Positions 48,028 to 57,854 of a stretch of DNA of 64,000 nt are shown in pieces. This DNA comes from Nitrosopumilus sp. Its GTDB lineage: Archaea; Thermoproteota; Nitrososphaeria; Nitrososphaerales; Nitrosopumilaceae. Positions within the stretch are counted from its first letter, which is position 1; each line of letters begins with the position of its first letter. The translations under genes and the position numbers were made by a program. Below the pieces are notes generated by a model that was not told where the DNA came from, did not search any database, and saw only the letters and a list, made by a program, of their open reading frames with translations. The stretch is taken from positions 768,001-832,000 of the forward strand of contig OY759726.1 in assembly GCA_963662625.1 (NCBI GenBank), read 5' to 3'.

Positions 48028-49764
48028 ATGGCTGAGGAAGACGTTTCACAGATTTCTGCGGGGGAGTTCGAGGCGGTGTCGCAGCTCCTCGCGTCGTCCG
48101 AGTCCCTCCAACTCGCGTTCATCATCATGGTTGCGGGGATCATCGCGATAGTCGCGGCATACAGGGCGTTCTCGTCGTGGATAAGGGCAAAAAAAACCTA
48201 CTACGCCTTCCCGCACAAGTCCAAGTTCCTCCGCAGCGCCATCCTCCCGCTCTTTGCAATAGCGCTCATCACGTCTACCAACGCGTACATCCAGAGCTCG
48301 GATCTGTTCGAGGAGGAGCACAGGATCGCCCACTCGGACATGACCGCGGAGGAGATGTTCGCGAAGATCCTCAACACGTTCAACATCCTGGTGATCGGGT
48401 ACACGGCGGCCCAGCTGGTTCCGATAGTGCTGATCAAGAGGGACAGGTCGGGGCTCGAGAAGGAGGACTTTGACGCGTGGTTCGAGAGCCGGGGGTTCTC
48501 AGACGACGAGGGCGACCTGTTCCACCGGCTCTACAGGTGGGTCCCTCCAAAGTCCACCCCCGAAGACATGGAGGACGCGGACTTCCAGAAGCGCATGGAG
48601 ACCGAGGAGGGAAGGCTGCTGCTGGAGCACTTCCGCACGGGCAGGGGAAACCCGATCGGCGGCTATGAAAAACTGGTGAAGAACCCGTTCGAAGCGTGGA
48701 AAAAGTCGGAGCGGGAAAAGTATGAAAAGTACTTCGACAGCTGCGTCACGGGGGACAACCAGTCCGGGAGGAAGCTTAACCCCGGCGTCAAGCCCGAGGA
48801 GATCTACCCGATAGACGTATGGAGGGAGGAGAAGAGGGCGGGCGGGTTCGAGCCGATAGTCGCGGGCTCTAGGCCCCCCGGGTACGCAAAGAAGAAGAGG
48901 GAGGGGATCCCAAAGTCCGCCAAGCAGGCGCTGCCCATAGGAATCTTCATAGCCACGATCCTGGGGGTGGTCGCGTGGTGGGGGGTGGACCTGTTCGTGG
49001 TGGCCACTGCCACGGGGGGCTTTGCGATAGGGCTGGGCCTGGCCCTGCAGGAGACGATGCAGAACTACTTTGCGTACCTGTTCATCAAAAAGGACAAGAT
49101 ATTTTCGGAGGGCGACAGGATCCAGCTGGAGAGCGGGTACAACGGCTACGTGCACAAGATCACGCCCAGGGTGACGTACGTCATGAACGCCCAGTACGAG
49201 TCGGTGGCGGTGGTCCCCACGAGGTCGCTCACCGCCTCCCAGATCATAAACTACACCAAGGAAAACAGGCTGGTTCCCGCCGTGGTCGGCGTCGGCGTCT
49301 CGTACCTCAACGATCCGAGGCAGGTCGAGGCGATCCTGGTCAAGATCGGGGAGAGGGGGATGAGGGAGCTGACCAACGAGAGGAAGGAGCACCTCGTGAG
49401 GCAGAAGAAGTGCCCCTACCTGAAGCGCAACAGGCCGAGCTGCGGCTGCGACAAGGACCTGCTCGTGAACATCAGCCAGCCGATAGTCAGGTTCCAGTCG
49501 TTCAACGCCTCGTCGCTTGATTTTACGGTGACGCTGTTCGTGCGGGACTACGGGTCCCAGTTCAGGACCAAGTCGGTGATGAGGATGATGATATACGAGG
49601 AGTTCAAAAGGTACGACATCAGGATCCCGTGGGACATCAGGACCGTCTACCAGGGGGACGAGCAGAAGGAGGGCGAGGAGATCGCGAGGAAGGATCCGGA
49701 GAGGAAGAAGGTCGTGGAGGAGTACGGCTCGGAGAGCTACGGCCACGGGGAGTTCGAGGACTAG
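48028..49764 (+). CDS. large mechanosensitive channel (MscS family)
   Basis: GLALQETMQNYFA, F.EGDRI, VPT...INYT and VGVSY. Confidence 0.9.
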   Translation: MAEEDVSQISAGEFEAVSQLLASSESLQLAFIIMVAGIIAIVAAYRAFSSWIRAKKTYYAFPHKSKFLRSAILPLFAIALITSTNAYIQSSDLFEEEHRIAHSDMTAEEMFAKILNTFNILVIGYTAAQLVPIVLIKRDRSGLEKEDFDAWFESRGFSDDEGDLFHRLYRWVPPKSTPEDMEDADFQKRMETEEGRLLLEHFRTGRGNPIGGYEKLVKNPFEAWKKSEREKYEKYFDSCVTGDNQSGRKLNPGVKPEEIYPIDVWREEKRAGGFEPIVAGSRPPGYAKKKREGIPKSAKQALPIGIFIATILGVVAWWGVDLFVVATATGGFAIGLGLALQETMQNYFAYLFIKKDKIFSEGDRIQLESGYNGYVHKITPRVTYVMNAQYESVAVVPTRSLTASQIINYTKENRLVPAVVGVGVSYLNDPRQVEAILVKIGERGMRELTNERKEHLVRQKKCPYLKRNRPSCGCDKDLLVNISQPIVRFQSFNASSLDFTVTLFVRDYGSQFRTKSVMRMMIYEEFKRYDIRIPWDIRTVYQGDEQKEGEEIARKDPERKKVVEEYGSESYGHGEFED

Positions 49765-49801
49765 ACACTCAAAACTTAAGAATCCCACCCCACACGATCA
49801 T

Positions 49802-50683
49802 TTGTTGAGCAGGCTATCGGTGGTTGCCGGCAAGTCCTCCGAGGAGCTGGCCGGGAAGGTCGCAAGGAGGCTGGGGGCCGGCCTGGTAAGGACCCGCGTG
49901 GTGACCTTCCCGGACGGGGAAAGCAAGATCACGCTGCGCGGCGCCCTGTCGGGCGAGAAGGTGGTCGTGGTCCAGTCGATCCACCCGCCGGTGGACACGA
50001 ACCTGGTACAGGCCCTGTCCCTTGTGGCCAGGGCCAGGGAGGCCGCCCCCCGGGTGGTCGCCGTCGTCCCGTACCTGGGATACGCGAGGCAGGACAGGGA
50101 GTTCCTGCCGGGGGAGATCGTCGCCACGAAGGTCCTGGCCAGGCTGTTCAGGGGGGCGGGGGCCTCGGAGATCGTGGTGGTCGACGTCCACAGCAAGGCC
50201 GGGCTGGGGCACTTTAAGATAAAGTCGACGAACGTCTCCGCGGTGCCGGCGCTCGCAAGGCACTTCAGGAAGATGCGCCTGGGGGACCCGGTGGCGGTGT
50301 CGCCGGACCAGGGTGGCAGGGAGCGCGCGGAGGAGTTTGCGAGGCTGCTAGGCACGGACTGCGTCGCGCTGTCAAAGGAGAGGGACAGGAGGACGGGCAG
50401 CGTGCGGATCAAGACAAAGGGGGCCGACGGCATAGCCGGCAGGGACGTGATCCTGGTGGACGACATGGTAAGCACGGGGGGAAGCATCATCAAGGCCACG
50501 GAGTTCCTCAGGGGCCAGAAATGCGGGGAGGTGTTTGTCGCGTGCACGCACGGGCTCATGGCGGGCGACGCCGTGGAAAAGATCAGGGGGGCGGGCGTGG
50601 CGGAGATCGTCAGCTCCAACACGGTCCCCGGAAGGACCGCCAGCGTGGACGTGTCGGCGGAGATCGCCGGGGCGATAGCATAG
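49802..50683 (+). CDS. prs: ribose-phosphate pyrophosphokinase
   Basis: FPDGE, PYLGYARQD, SPDQG and DDMVSTGGS. Confidence 0.96.
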   Translation: MLSRLSVVAGKSSEELAGKVARRLGAGLVRTRVVTFPDGESKITLRGALSGEKVVVVQSIHPPVDTNLVQALSLVARAREAAPRVVAVVPYLGYARQDREFLPGEIVATKVLARLFRGAGASEIVVVDVHSKAGLGHFKIKSTNVSAVPALARHFRKMRLGDPVAVSPDQGGRERAEEFARLLGTDCVALSKERDRRTGSVRIKTKGADGIAGRDVILVDDMVSTGGSIIKATEFLRGQKCGEVFVACTHGLMAGDAVEKIRGAGVAEIVSSNTVPGRTASVDVSAEIAGAIA

Positions 50684-50749
50684 CGGCGCTGGGCAGGGGG
50701 GTCCGGCGCACCCACAGGCATAAAAGCCAGGCCGGGCAGTAATTCTACG

Positions 50750-51649
50750 ATGAAGCTGGTGTTTTTGGGGACGTCGGCGGCGCAGCCCAGCAAGGACAGG
50801 GGGCTGTCGTGCCTCTGCCTCGAGAGGGAGGGGGAGGTGCTGATGTTCGACGCGGGGGAGGGCGCGCAGGTCCCGTTTTTAAAGTCCGGCCTGGGATGGA
50901 ACAAGAAGATGAAGGTCTTCATAACCCACCTGCACGGCGACCACTGCGTCGGGCTCTTGGGGCTGCTGCAGACGATGACCATGCAGGGCAGGACCAAGCC
51001 CCTCGAGATCTACGGGCCGGGCGGCATAGAGGAGTTCGTTGCGGCCAACGTCAGGGTGCTGAACTTCGGGCTGTCGTTTCCGGTCATGATCAGCGCCGTC
51101 AGGGAGGGGCCGGTGTCCGAGTCTGACGCCTATTCCGTCTCCGCGTGCAGGGCGAGCCACTCGGTCACCGCGTTCTCGTACCTGTTCAGGGAGAAGGACA
51201 GGCCGGGCAGGTTTAACCGGGAGAGGGCGCTGGAGCTGGGGGTCCCGGAGGGCCCCCAATGGAAGCGGCTGCAGAAAGGGGGCGACGTGGTGGTGGGCCG
51301 GAGGAGGATCACCCCGGCCCAGGTCCTGGGCGAGAGCAGGCCCGGGAGGAAGATCGGGATATCCGGGGACACGTCGCCCACCGCCGAGCTGGAGAAGTTC
51401 TTTGGCGGCTGCGACTATCTCGTGTTTGACTCCACGTTCCTGGACGAGCTGAGGGACAGGGCCCGGGAGACGGGCCACTGCACCGCGAGGCAGGCGGCGA
51501 CGCTTGCGAGAAACGCCGGGGTCGGGACGCTGGTGCTGACCCACTTTTCGACCAGGTACAAGGACGAGTCGGCGCTACTCAGGGAGGCGGGGCGGATCCA
51601 CGGCTCCGTCATCGCCGCAAGGGACATGCTCGAAGTAGAGATAAGATGA
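50750..51649 (+). CDS. rnz: ribonuclease Z
   Basis: FLGT, DAGEG, THLHGDH, GP exosite and THFSTRY. Confidence 0.96.
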   Translation: MKLVFLGTSAAQPSKDRGLSCLCLEREGEVLMFDAGEGAQVPFLKSGLGWNKKMKVFITHLHGDHCVGLLGLLQTMTMQGRTKPLEIYGPGGIEEFVAANVRVLNFGLSFPVMISAVREGPVSESDAYSVSACRASHSVTAFSYLFREKDRPGRFNRERALELGVPEGPQWKRLQKGGDVVVGRRRITPAQVLGESRPGRKIGISGDTSPTAELEKFFGGCDYLVFDSTFLDELRDRARETGHCTARQAATLARNAGVGTLVLTHFSTRYKDESALLREAGRIHGSVIAARDMLEVEIR

Positions 51650-52389
51650 TGGACGCGCTGGGGCGGGAGGCGGGAAGGCTCGGGGAGGCAAGGAAGATCG
51701 TCTTTGTCACCGGCGCCGGGATATCCCGCGAGAGCGGCATCCCCACGTTCAGGGGCAGCGACGGGCTCTGGAGGAACCATGACGCGATGAAGCTGGCCAC
51801 CATCGAGGCGTTCCTCGCAGATCCGGGGCTGGTGTGGGAGTGGTACAACGAGAGGAGGGCGAACGTCCTTGCGGCCAGCCCCAACGACGGGCACAGGGCG
51901 ATCGCCGGGCTCGAGGGGGTCGCGGACGTCGTGGTCCTTACCCAGAACATCGACGGGCTCCACCAGAGGGCGGGCAGCACCAGGGTCCTGGAGCTGCACG
52001 GGAGCATAGTTAGGACGAGGTGCACCGCCTGCGACTTTCGCGAGGATGCCGCGGCGGGGTTTTCGGAGCTTCCGCCGGTCTGCAGGTGCGGGCACATGCT
52101 GAGGCCCGACGTGGTGTGGTTCGGCGAGGCGCTGCCGCAGGACGTGTGGCTGAAGGCCGTGGCCCACGCGAGCCGGTGCGACGTGATGGTGGTCGTGGGG
52201 ACGTCGCTGGCGGTATCCCCTGCAAACACCCTGCCCGCGTACGCCAGGCGGAACGGCGCGCTGCTGGTAGAGGTCAACCCGGAGGCCACCGCGATGTCGG
52301 GGGAGATGGATCTGTCGATAAGGGACGCCTCTGCCCGCGCGCTGCCCGAGATGGCGGCGTTCCTAAGGGGCCTGCGATCCCGGGAGTGA
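51646..52389 (+). CDS. cobB: NAD-dependent protein deacylase (sirtuin)
   Basis: [23 protein letters not shown] and RPDVVWFGE. Confidence 0.95.
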   Translation: MMDALGREAGRLGEARKIVFVTGAGISRESGIPTFRGSDGLWRNHDAMKLATIEAFLADPGLVWEWYNERRANVLAASPNDGHRAIAGLEGVADVVVLTQNIDGLHQRAGSTRVLELHGSIVRTRCTACDFREDAAAGFSELPPVCRCGHMLRPDVVWFGEALPQDVWLKAVAHASRCDVMVVVGTSLAVSPANTLPAYARRNGALLVEVNPEATAMSGEMDLSIRDASARALPEMAAFLRGLRSRE

Positions 52390-52653
52390 CCCGAGCTTCT
52401 CGGCGATGTCCTGCCCCACGGACTCCACCGACGAGCCCGCCAGGTCGGTCAGTTCGCCGCCTATCTGCCCGGCGGCCGAGTCAATCCTCCGCTCTGCCGA
52501 CTCGATGGAGCTGGCCGCGATGGAGCTGATGTCCTGCTTGAGCGAGTCGACGCCGGTGCTGGTGGCGTTTGGGAAGTACTCGCCTATCTCGGAGGAGAAC
52601 GCGGCCAGGGCGACGATCACGATCGCCGCGGCTATGCCCAGTTTTATAAACAT
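52363..52653 (-). CDS. small membrane-anchored/secreted hypothetical protein
   Basis: N-terminal hydrophobic helix followed by an amphipathic acidic helix. Confidence 0.7.
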   Translation of the reverse strand: MFIKLGIAAAIVIVALAAFSSEIGEYFPNATSTGVDSLKQDISSIAASSIESAERRIDSAAGQIGGELTDLAGSSVESVGQDIAEKLGSLPGSQAP

Positions 52654-52723
52654 TGGTGCTGTCTCAAAAAATTGTTTTTTCTAGGTGATGCTGAAATAAT
52701 TGTACAGAAGTGATTGAATTTTC

Positions 52724-53140
52724 TTAGCTAAGCCTTCGCGGCGACGTCAGGAGCCCGATCACCTCCCCTATGCTGCTTGAGGCCAGGGCCACCCTGATCG
52801 GGCCGAGCGGGGACTCTTCGGCCGCCTCGCACAGCGCGACCTTCCCGGCAAACGCGGCCTGCTTGTTCAGGTAGAACCAGGTCGCGCCCCCGTCCGCGTG
52901 CCTCTCGAGGGCGCGCCTGTAGGCGGCCTGGGACTGCCTTGACTGGATGGACTCGCGGATCTTTTCAAGGGAGGCGAGGCTGTCCGACGTGGCGGAGACC
53001 GAGCGGTCCCCGGGCCTGGCCGTGCAGCCCGGGAGCACGTTGGACACGGCGGCGGCCACCTTGCCGGGGTCTTCGGAGGGGTTTACCGCGCAGGACGCCT
53101 CGATCCTGCAGCCCGGGAGCCGGGGGCTCATTTCAGCCAT
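52724..53140 (-). CDS. UPF0201 (DUF54) RNA-binding-like protein
   Basis: PSED..KV, LNKQAA and SPLGPI motifs. Confidence 0.88.
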   Translation of the reverse strand: MAEMSPRLPGCRIEASCAVNPSEDPGKVAAAVSNVLPGCTARPGDRSVSATSDSLASLEKIRESIQSRQSQAAYRRALERHADGGATWFYLNKQAAFAGKVALCEAAEESPLGPIRVALASSSIGEVIGLLTSPRRLS

Positions 53141-53676
53141 CGGCCGATCTTTTCAAGCGCGGCGTCGACCAGCTCGTCCGCGGTCTTGTCGTTGTTGTTG
53201 ACCACCTCCTCGGACAGCGCTATGGGGTCGCTGATTCCGACCCCGAGCTCCCTGCTGTCCCGCTCCTCGAAGCTCTCCCGCGTGGCAGGATCGTCGGGCC
53301 TGCCCCGGCGCCGCATGAAGCCAAAGCGCGTGCCTGCCGACGCGTGCACCGCGAGGAGCTTGACGTCGCCGCACCCCCGCAGGACGTCAATCTCCGCGTT
53401 GGAGCGCACGCCGTCCACTATTACCACCCGGGATCCGGAGGCCTCGATCCTGCCCCTTACCAGCTCGGCCACCGCCCCGGGGCCGTTCTTGCGCCTCAGC
53501 TCGAGCATCAGCCGGCCCAGGTTCGCGCCGGTAGGTTCCAGGTTCCGGCTCCGCGCCTCCGCCCTGACCGCGTTTCCCATGTTGATGATCTCGTGGCCCC
53601 TCGATTCCAGCCCCCGGGCAATCGTGGATTTCCCCGACCCCGGCATGCCGGTCAGGCACACGATCAGCTTTTGCAT
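53128..53676 (-). CDS. UPF0200 nucleotide kinase (dephospho-CoA-kinase-like P-loop)
   Basis: TGMPGSGKST, DGVRS..E and R.DD...F..RD..E. Confidence 0.88.
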   Translation of the reverse strand: MQKLIVCLTGMPGSGKSTIARGLESRGHEIINMGNAVRAEARSRNLEPTGANLGRLMLELRRKNGPGAVAELVRGRIEASGSRVVIVDGVRSNAEIDVLRGCGDVKLLAVHASAGTRFGFMRRRGRPDDPATRESFEERDSRELGVGISDPIALSEEVVNNNDKTADELVDAALEKIGRWLK

Positions 53677-53745
53677 GGTGTTGACTCCGGCCCCGGGCGC
53701 TATGAAGTTACCGGAGATATTATAACGACCCCTCCAAAGACATCT

Positions 53746-54288
53746 ATGATGCGAACGTTCGTGGCAGTCGACGTCTCCGCGGAGGTTGCCGGGTCGATAC
53801 TGAGGTTCCAGTCCGCCGCCGGCATCGCCGCGAGGGCGGTCGGGCCGCACAACCTGCACTTTACGCTGCAGTTCCTGGGGGAGGCGCGGCCGGGCGCGGT
53901 GGAGAAGGCAAGGCGGGCGCTGAGGGCCGTGGAGTTCTCCGGGTTCGCGGTGGGCTTCAGGGGGGTCGGGGCCTTTCCCGGGCCGAGGTCCCCAAGGGTG
54001 GTCTGGGTGGGGACCGACGGCGGCGGCGCGGAGGGGCTGCGCGGGCTGGCAGGCAAGGTGGGGAGGGCGCTGGCGCCGCTGGGCTTCCCGAGCGGCAGGC
54101 CGTTCAGGCCCCACGTCACCGTGTTCAGGATCGGCGGGGGCGCGGGGGACGTGGCCGGGGTGCTGGAAAGGTTCAAGTCGGCGGAGTTCGGGAGCCAGAG
54201 AGTCGCCAGCATCAAGCTCAAGCGGAGCGTCCTGACCCCGGCCGGCCCGGCGTACTCGGATCTGGAGGAGGTGGCGGCCGCGCAATGA
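53746..54288 (+). CDS. thpR: RNA 2',3'-cyclic phosphodiesterase
   Basis: 2H motifs HFTL and HVT; MRTFVAV N-terminus. Confidence 0.93.
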   Translation: MMRTFVAVDVSAEVAGSILRFQSAAGIAARAVGPHNLHFTLQFLGEARPGAVEKARRALRAVEFSGFAVGFRGVGAFPGPRSPRVVWVGTDGGGAEGLRGLAGKVGRALAPLGFPSGRPFRPHVTVFRIGGGAGDVAGVLERFKSAEFGSQRVASIKLKRSVLTPAGPAYSDLEEVAAAQ

Positions 54289-55613
54289 GGGGGGTGGTTT
54301 CCAAGGCCAGGAGATCCGCGGCCCCTTCTGCCGCGGTGAAGAAGTCCAAGAAGAAGATCGCGGACGCCGCGCTCAGGCTGATAGAGGCGCAGGCGGCGGG
54401 GCACGGCCAGGTGACGGGGGTCGAGTTTGGCGGATCGTACGCGAAGGGCACGTGGCTGGGATCGGGCTCGGACGTGGACATCTTCGTGGGCTTCAAGAAG
54501 GACACGCCGGAGGAGGAGTTTGTCAGGGTCTCGCAGGAGATCGGGTTCGCGGCGCTGAAAGACCACGGGCCCTACGTGAGGTACGCCGATCACCCGTACG
54601 TGGAGGCGAGGATGCGGCAGACCAAGATCAACGCCGTCCCGTACTACGACGTGGGGCGGGGCAGGTGGAAGAGCGCGGCCGACAGGTCGCCCCACCACAC
54701 GAGGTACATGCAGAAGGCCCTCACCGCGAGGATGAGGGACGATGTGCGGGTCCTGAAGACGTTTCTCGGGTCTGCCGGCATCTACGGCGCGGAGATCGCA
54801 AGGCAGGGGTTCAGCGGGTACGTGAGCGAGGTGCTGGTCCTGGAGTTCGGGGGCTTCGAGAACGTCGTGAAGGCGGTCGCCTCCATGGGGGAGAATTCCG
54901 TGGTCGGCAGGGCCGGGAAAAAGTTCGACACGCCGCTCACGATCATCGACCCGATAGACGGCAGGCGGAACCTGGCGGCGGCCATATCCGAGGAGAACGT
55001 GGGGAGGTTCGTCCTCCTCTGCAGGGCGTTCCAGAGGAGGCCCGGGCCGCGGTTCTTCAGGCCGGCGGCCCCCCGGAGGCCGCGCGTGGACGGGAGGAAC
55101 GTGCTGGCGGTGAGGTTCGGTTTCCGGCCCAGGAGTTCCGAGGAGATCTGGGGGCAGGCGAAGAGGGCGGCGGCCTCGCTTGCGACCCAGCTCGGCGTCG
55201 CGGGGTTCAGCGTGCTGCGCAGCGCGGCGTGGACCGACGAGAAGAGGGACGCCTGCCTGCTGTTCCTGCTGGAGTCGGTGAAGATCCCCGGGATCCGCGT
55301 AAAGGACGGCCCGGGGATCTTCATGGAGGGCTATGCGGACCGGTTCATCGGGAAGAACTCCCGGAAGAGCAGGCTCATGTGGGTCGGGGGCGGGAGGATC
55401 TTCTCCTTGGAAGAGCGCCGGTTCAGCGACGCGAGGCTGTTCCTGAGGGACCTCCTGGAAGACGGCGGGCGGGCGGGGCTGCCGAAGGGGCTCAGGGAGG
55501 ACTTTGCGTCCGGGTTCAGGGTGTACTCGGGCACCGGCAGGATGGGCAAATCAATTAAAGAGGCCGCCCGGGATCTGGTTTCCACTGATGAGGCCTTCTT
55601 TTGTTTCGACTGA
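54285..55613 (+). CDS. cca: class I CCA-adding enzyme
   Basis: GSYAKGTW..SDVDIF, YA.HPY, SAADRS..H and GFSGY. Confidence 0.95.
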   Translation: MRGVVSKARRSAAPSAAVKKSKKKIADAALRLIEAQAAGHGQVTGVEFGGSYAKGTWLGSGSDVDIFVGFKKDTPEEEFVRVSQEIGFAALKDHGPYVRYADHPYVEARMRQTKINAVPYYDVGRGRWKSAADRSPHHTRYMQKALTARMRDDVRVLKTFLGSAGIYGAEIARQGFSGYVSEVLVLEFGGFENVVKAVASMGENSVVGRAGKKFDTPLTIIDPIDGRRNLAAAISEENVGRFVLLCRAFQRRPGPRFFRPAAPRRPRVDGRNVLAVRFGFRPRSSEEIWGQAKRAAASLATQLGVAGFSVLRSAAWTDEKRDACLLFLLESVKIPGIRVKDGPGIFMEGYADRFIGKNSRKSRLMWVGGGRIFSLEERRFSDARLFLRDLLEDGGRAGLPKGLREDFASGFRVYSGTGRMGKSIKEAARDLVSTDEAFFCFD

Positions 55614-56349
55614 GGACCTGGCGGCCGAGCCATACTCGGGGATAATCGGGTACCCTCGGGCGACGCCGCGGCAGGTAAGCCGGCGGATCTCCGAGCTCGG
55701 GGGGCTGGGCATAGCGTCGGTCTCGTTTTCCGGGCCCACCAGCATCGGGAACCTGGACGTGCTGGGAAAGGGCTACGTCGGGGTGGTGGTGCTGGCAAAG
55801 ATGGGCGCCAGGAGGGTGGCGCTCAAGATCAGGAGGATCGACGCGCCCCGCGGCAGCATGAGGGACGAGGCAAGGCTGCTAAAGGCCGCGAACTCGGCCG
55901 GGGTGGGGCCCGAGTTTTACGGCGCGAGCAGGAACTTCCTGGCCATGGAGCACATCGAGGGCCAGAAGATCGGCGACTGGGTAAGGTCGGTCAGGGGGAG
56001 GGGCAGCGCGGGGAGGATCAAGTCGGTGGCAAGAAAGGTCCTGGAGGACTGCTACAGGATGGACCTGGCGGGCCTTGACCACGGGGAACTCAGCAGCATC
56101 TCAAAGCACGTGATCGTCGGGGAGGCGAGGCAGGCCGTGATCGACTTTGAGAGCTCCAGCACGCGCAGGAGGGCGTCGAACGTGACGTCGGCCGCCCAGG
56201 CGATCTTCATCGGCTCCGGGATCTCGAAGGCCGTCCGGAGGGCGTACAGGCTGCCCCCCAAGCAGGAGATCATCGACTCGCTGCGGCTGTACAAGAAGGA
56301 CGGGTCGCGCCGGAGCTTCGAGGGCATGCTGGGCGTGCTAAAGCTGTAG
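55588..56349 (+). CDS. atypical Ser/Thr protein kinase (RIO/Bud32-like)
   Basis: LGKGYVGVV, ALK, DHGELS and IDFE. Confidence 0.85.
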   Translation: MRPSFVSTEDLAAEPYSGIIGYPRATPRQVSRRISELGGLGIASVSFSGPTSIGNLDVLGKGYVGVVVLAKMGARRVALKIRRIDAPRGSMRDEARLLKAANSAGVGPEFYGASRNFLAMEHIEGQKIGDWVRSVRGRGSAGRIKSVARKVLEDCYRMDLAGLDHGELSSISKHVIVGEARQAVIDFESSSTRRRASNVTSAAQAIFIGSGISKAVRRAYRLPPKQEIIDSLRLYKKDGSRRSFEGMLGVLKL

Positions 56350-56364
56350 GCCGGGGCACCAATA

Positions 56365-56441
56365 TGGTGGGATTGGCAGGATTCGAACCTGCGACCACTA
56401 GTCCCCCAGACTAGTATCATGCCAAGCTAGACGACAATCCC
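56365..56441 (-). tRNA. tRNA-Pro(GGG), CCA encoded, no intron
   Basis: GGGATTG acceptor stem, CTAGT-CTGGGGG-ACTAG anticodon arm, GGTTCGAATCC T-arm, 3' ACCA. Confidence 0.95.
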
Positions 56442-56497
56442 TCTCTGGTATGTGCGAGGATGAAATTATTAAATTCTCGGATTTCCAAGGGTTGGCG

Positions 56498-56707
56498 TTG
56501 GGAACCTGCAGGATATGCAAGAAGTTGTCGGCTACCGGCCGGGACCACCTTGACTGCGTCCAGATGCGCAGGATCGAGCTCGAGGACGAGGACCTCAAGG
56601 GCCGCCTCGCCGAGAAGGTTGACCTGGCGGAGAACCCCGGGGGCCTGGGGGTCGAGGTCAGGGCCCTGCTGGAGCACCTTTCGAGGGAGAAGGACGGGCG
56701 GTCATAG
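56498..56707 (+). CDS. small putative Zn-binding protein
   Basis: CRIC...HLDC; TTG 56498 is preferred over ATG 56450 because of the shared AT-rich promoter. Confidence 0.65.
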   Translation: MGTCRICKKLSATGRDHLDCVQMRRIELEDEDLKGRLAEKVDLAENPGGLGVEVRALLEHLSREKDGRS

Positions 56708-57853
56708 CCACCTTTCGAGCCGCTCCCTCTCAAACTCCAGCTTTTCGGACAGGTGCTGCGCGGTGGAGCTGGTCAGCCTGGTGGAAGGCCCCCCCTCCGA
56801 GAACATGTCGACCCTTACCATGGCGGCGGTCCCCCTGCCGGACTCGAGAAAGCAGCTCCCCTTCCCGTCAAACGGCACGCGGTCGTCCCGGGAGCTGATC
56901 CTGGACACGATGCTCCTTGCCACGGCCGCGGCCTCCCCCTCCGCAAACACGCCCGCCTTTGGCACCGCCGCCTGCCGCCCCGCCGGAAGGCTGGTCACGT
57001 CGCCCACCGCGTAGACGCCCTCGAACCTCGTCCTGCAGTCCCTGGAGATGGGGATGAACCCGCCCTCCTCGGCGAGCCCCGACTCGTAGATTACCGCGGG
57101 CGCCACGTGCGGCGGGACCGCCAGGAGCAGGTCAAAGTCTGCCGCGCCGTCCTCGAAGACGAGCCTGTTCCTTTCCACGCGCCTTGCCCTGCACGATCCG
57201 TGGAAGGCGATGCCCTCGTCCTCGAGCATCCCGCGCACCCGCCTGCTGACCTCGGGGCCCGCCGCGGGCAGCGTGATCGGCGCGGGGCTGTAAAAGTCGA
57301 TCCGTATCGAGTCCCGGGTGCCTTCCTCCCTGAGCATGGAGTCGATCAGGAGGGCCGCCTCGAAGGGGGCCTGGGGGCACTTGTACGGCATGCCCATGAC
57401 GGATATCGCGATCCTGCCGGACTTCATCCCCCTCAACCTCCGGCGGATCTCCGGGAGCTGGGAGTGGTCGTACAGGATCATCCCGAACTCCCCCAGCCCG
57501 GGGATCCTTTCCGGGGCCAGCGACGCCCCCATGGCGATGATCAGGAAGTCGTAGGACAGCACCCTCGTGGGGGTCCGGACCTGCCTGGCGCCCGGATCGA
57601 TCCCGGTAACCTCCTCCTTTACAAAGCCGATCCCCTTCTTCGGCAGCCCGTTCAGGGAGCCGGCGGAGTCCTCGAACGTCCTCACGCCCCTCATTATCCA
57701 GAGCTTGGCAAAGCCCACCATGAACCAGTCCTTCCTGTCGACCACCGTGATCCTGACCCGCGACGGGGGGAAGCGGCTCCTTATCTCGTTTGCCGCGGAA
57801 AGGCCCCCAAAGCCGCCTCCCAGGACCAGCACGTGCGGGGCGTCGGCCGGCAA
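56702..57853 (-). CDS. FAD-dependent sulfide:quinone oxidoreductase-like flavoprotein
   Basis: GGGFGG, YKCP.AP.E, GDV, PKAG and CFLE.G. Confidence 0.8.
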   Translation of the reverse strand: MPADAPHVLVLGGGFGGLSAANEIRSRFPPSRVRITVVDRKDWFMVGFAKLWIMRGVRTFEDSAGSLNGLPKKGIGFVKEEVTGIDPGARQVRTPTRVLSYDFLIIAMGASLAPERIPGLGEFGMILYDHSQLPEIRRRLRGMKSGRIAISVMGMPYKCPQAPFEAALLIDSMLREEGTRDSIRIDFYSPAPITLPAAGPEVSRRVRGMLEDEGIAFHGSCRARRVERNRLVFEDGAADFDLLLAVPPHVAPAVIYESGLAEEGGFIPISRDCRTRFEGVYAVGDVTSLPAGRQAAVPKAGVFAEGEAAAVARSIVSRISSRDDRVPFDGKGSCFLESGRGTAAMVRVDMFSEGGPSTRLTSSTAQHLSEKLEFERERLERWL

Positions 57854-57854
57854 T

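Noticed and set aside
56365-56441. tRNA-Pro as an integration site
   Set aside because: No integrase or duplicated tRNA 3' end was noticed; the flanks are core genes.
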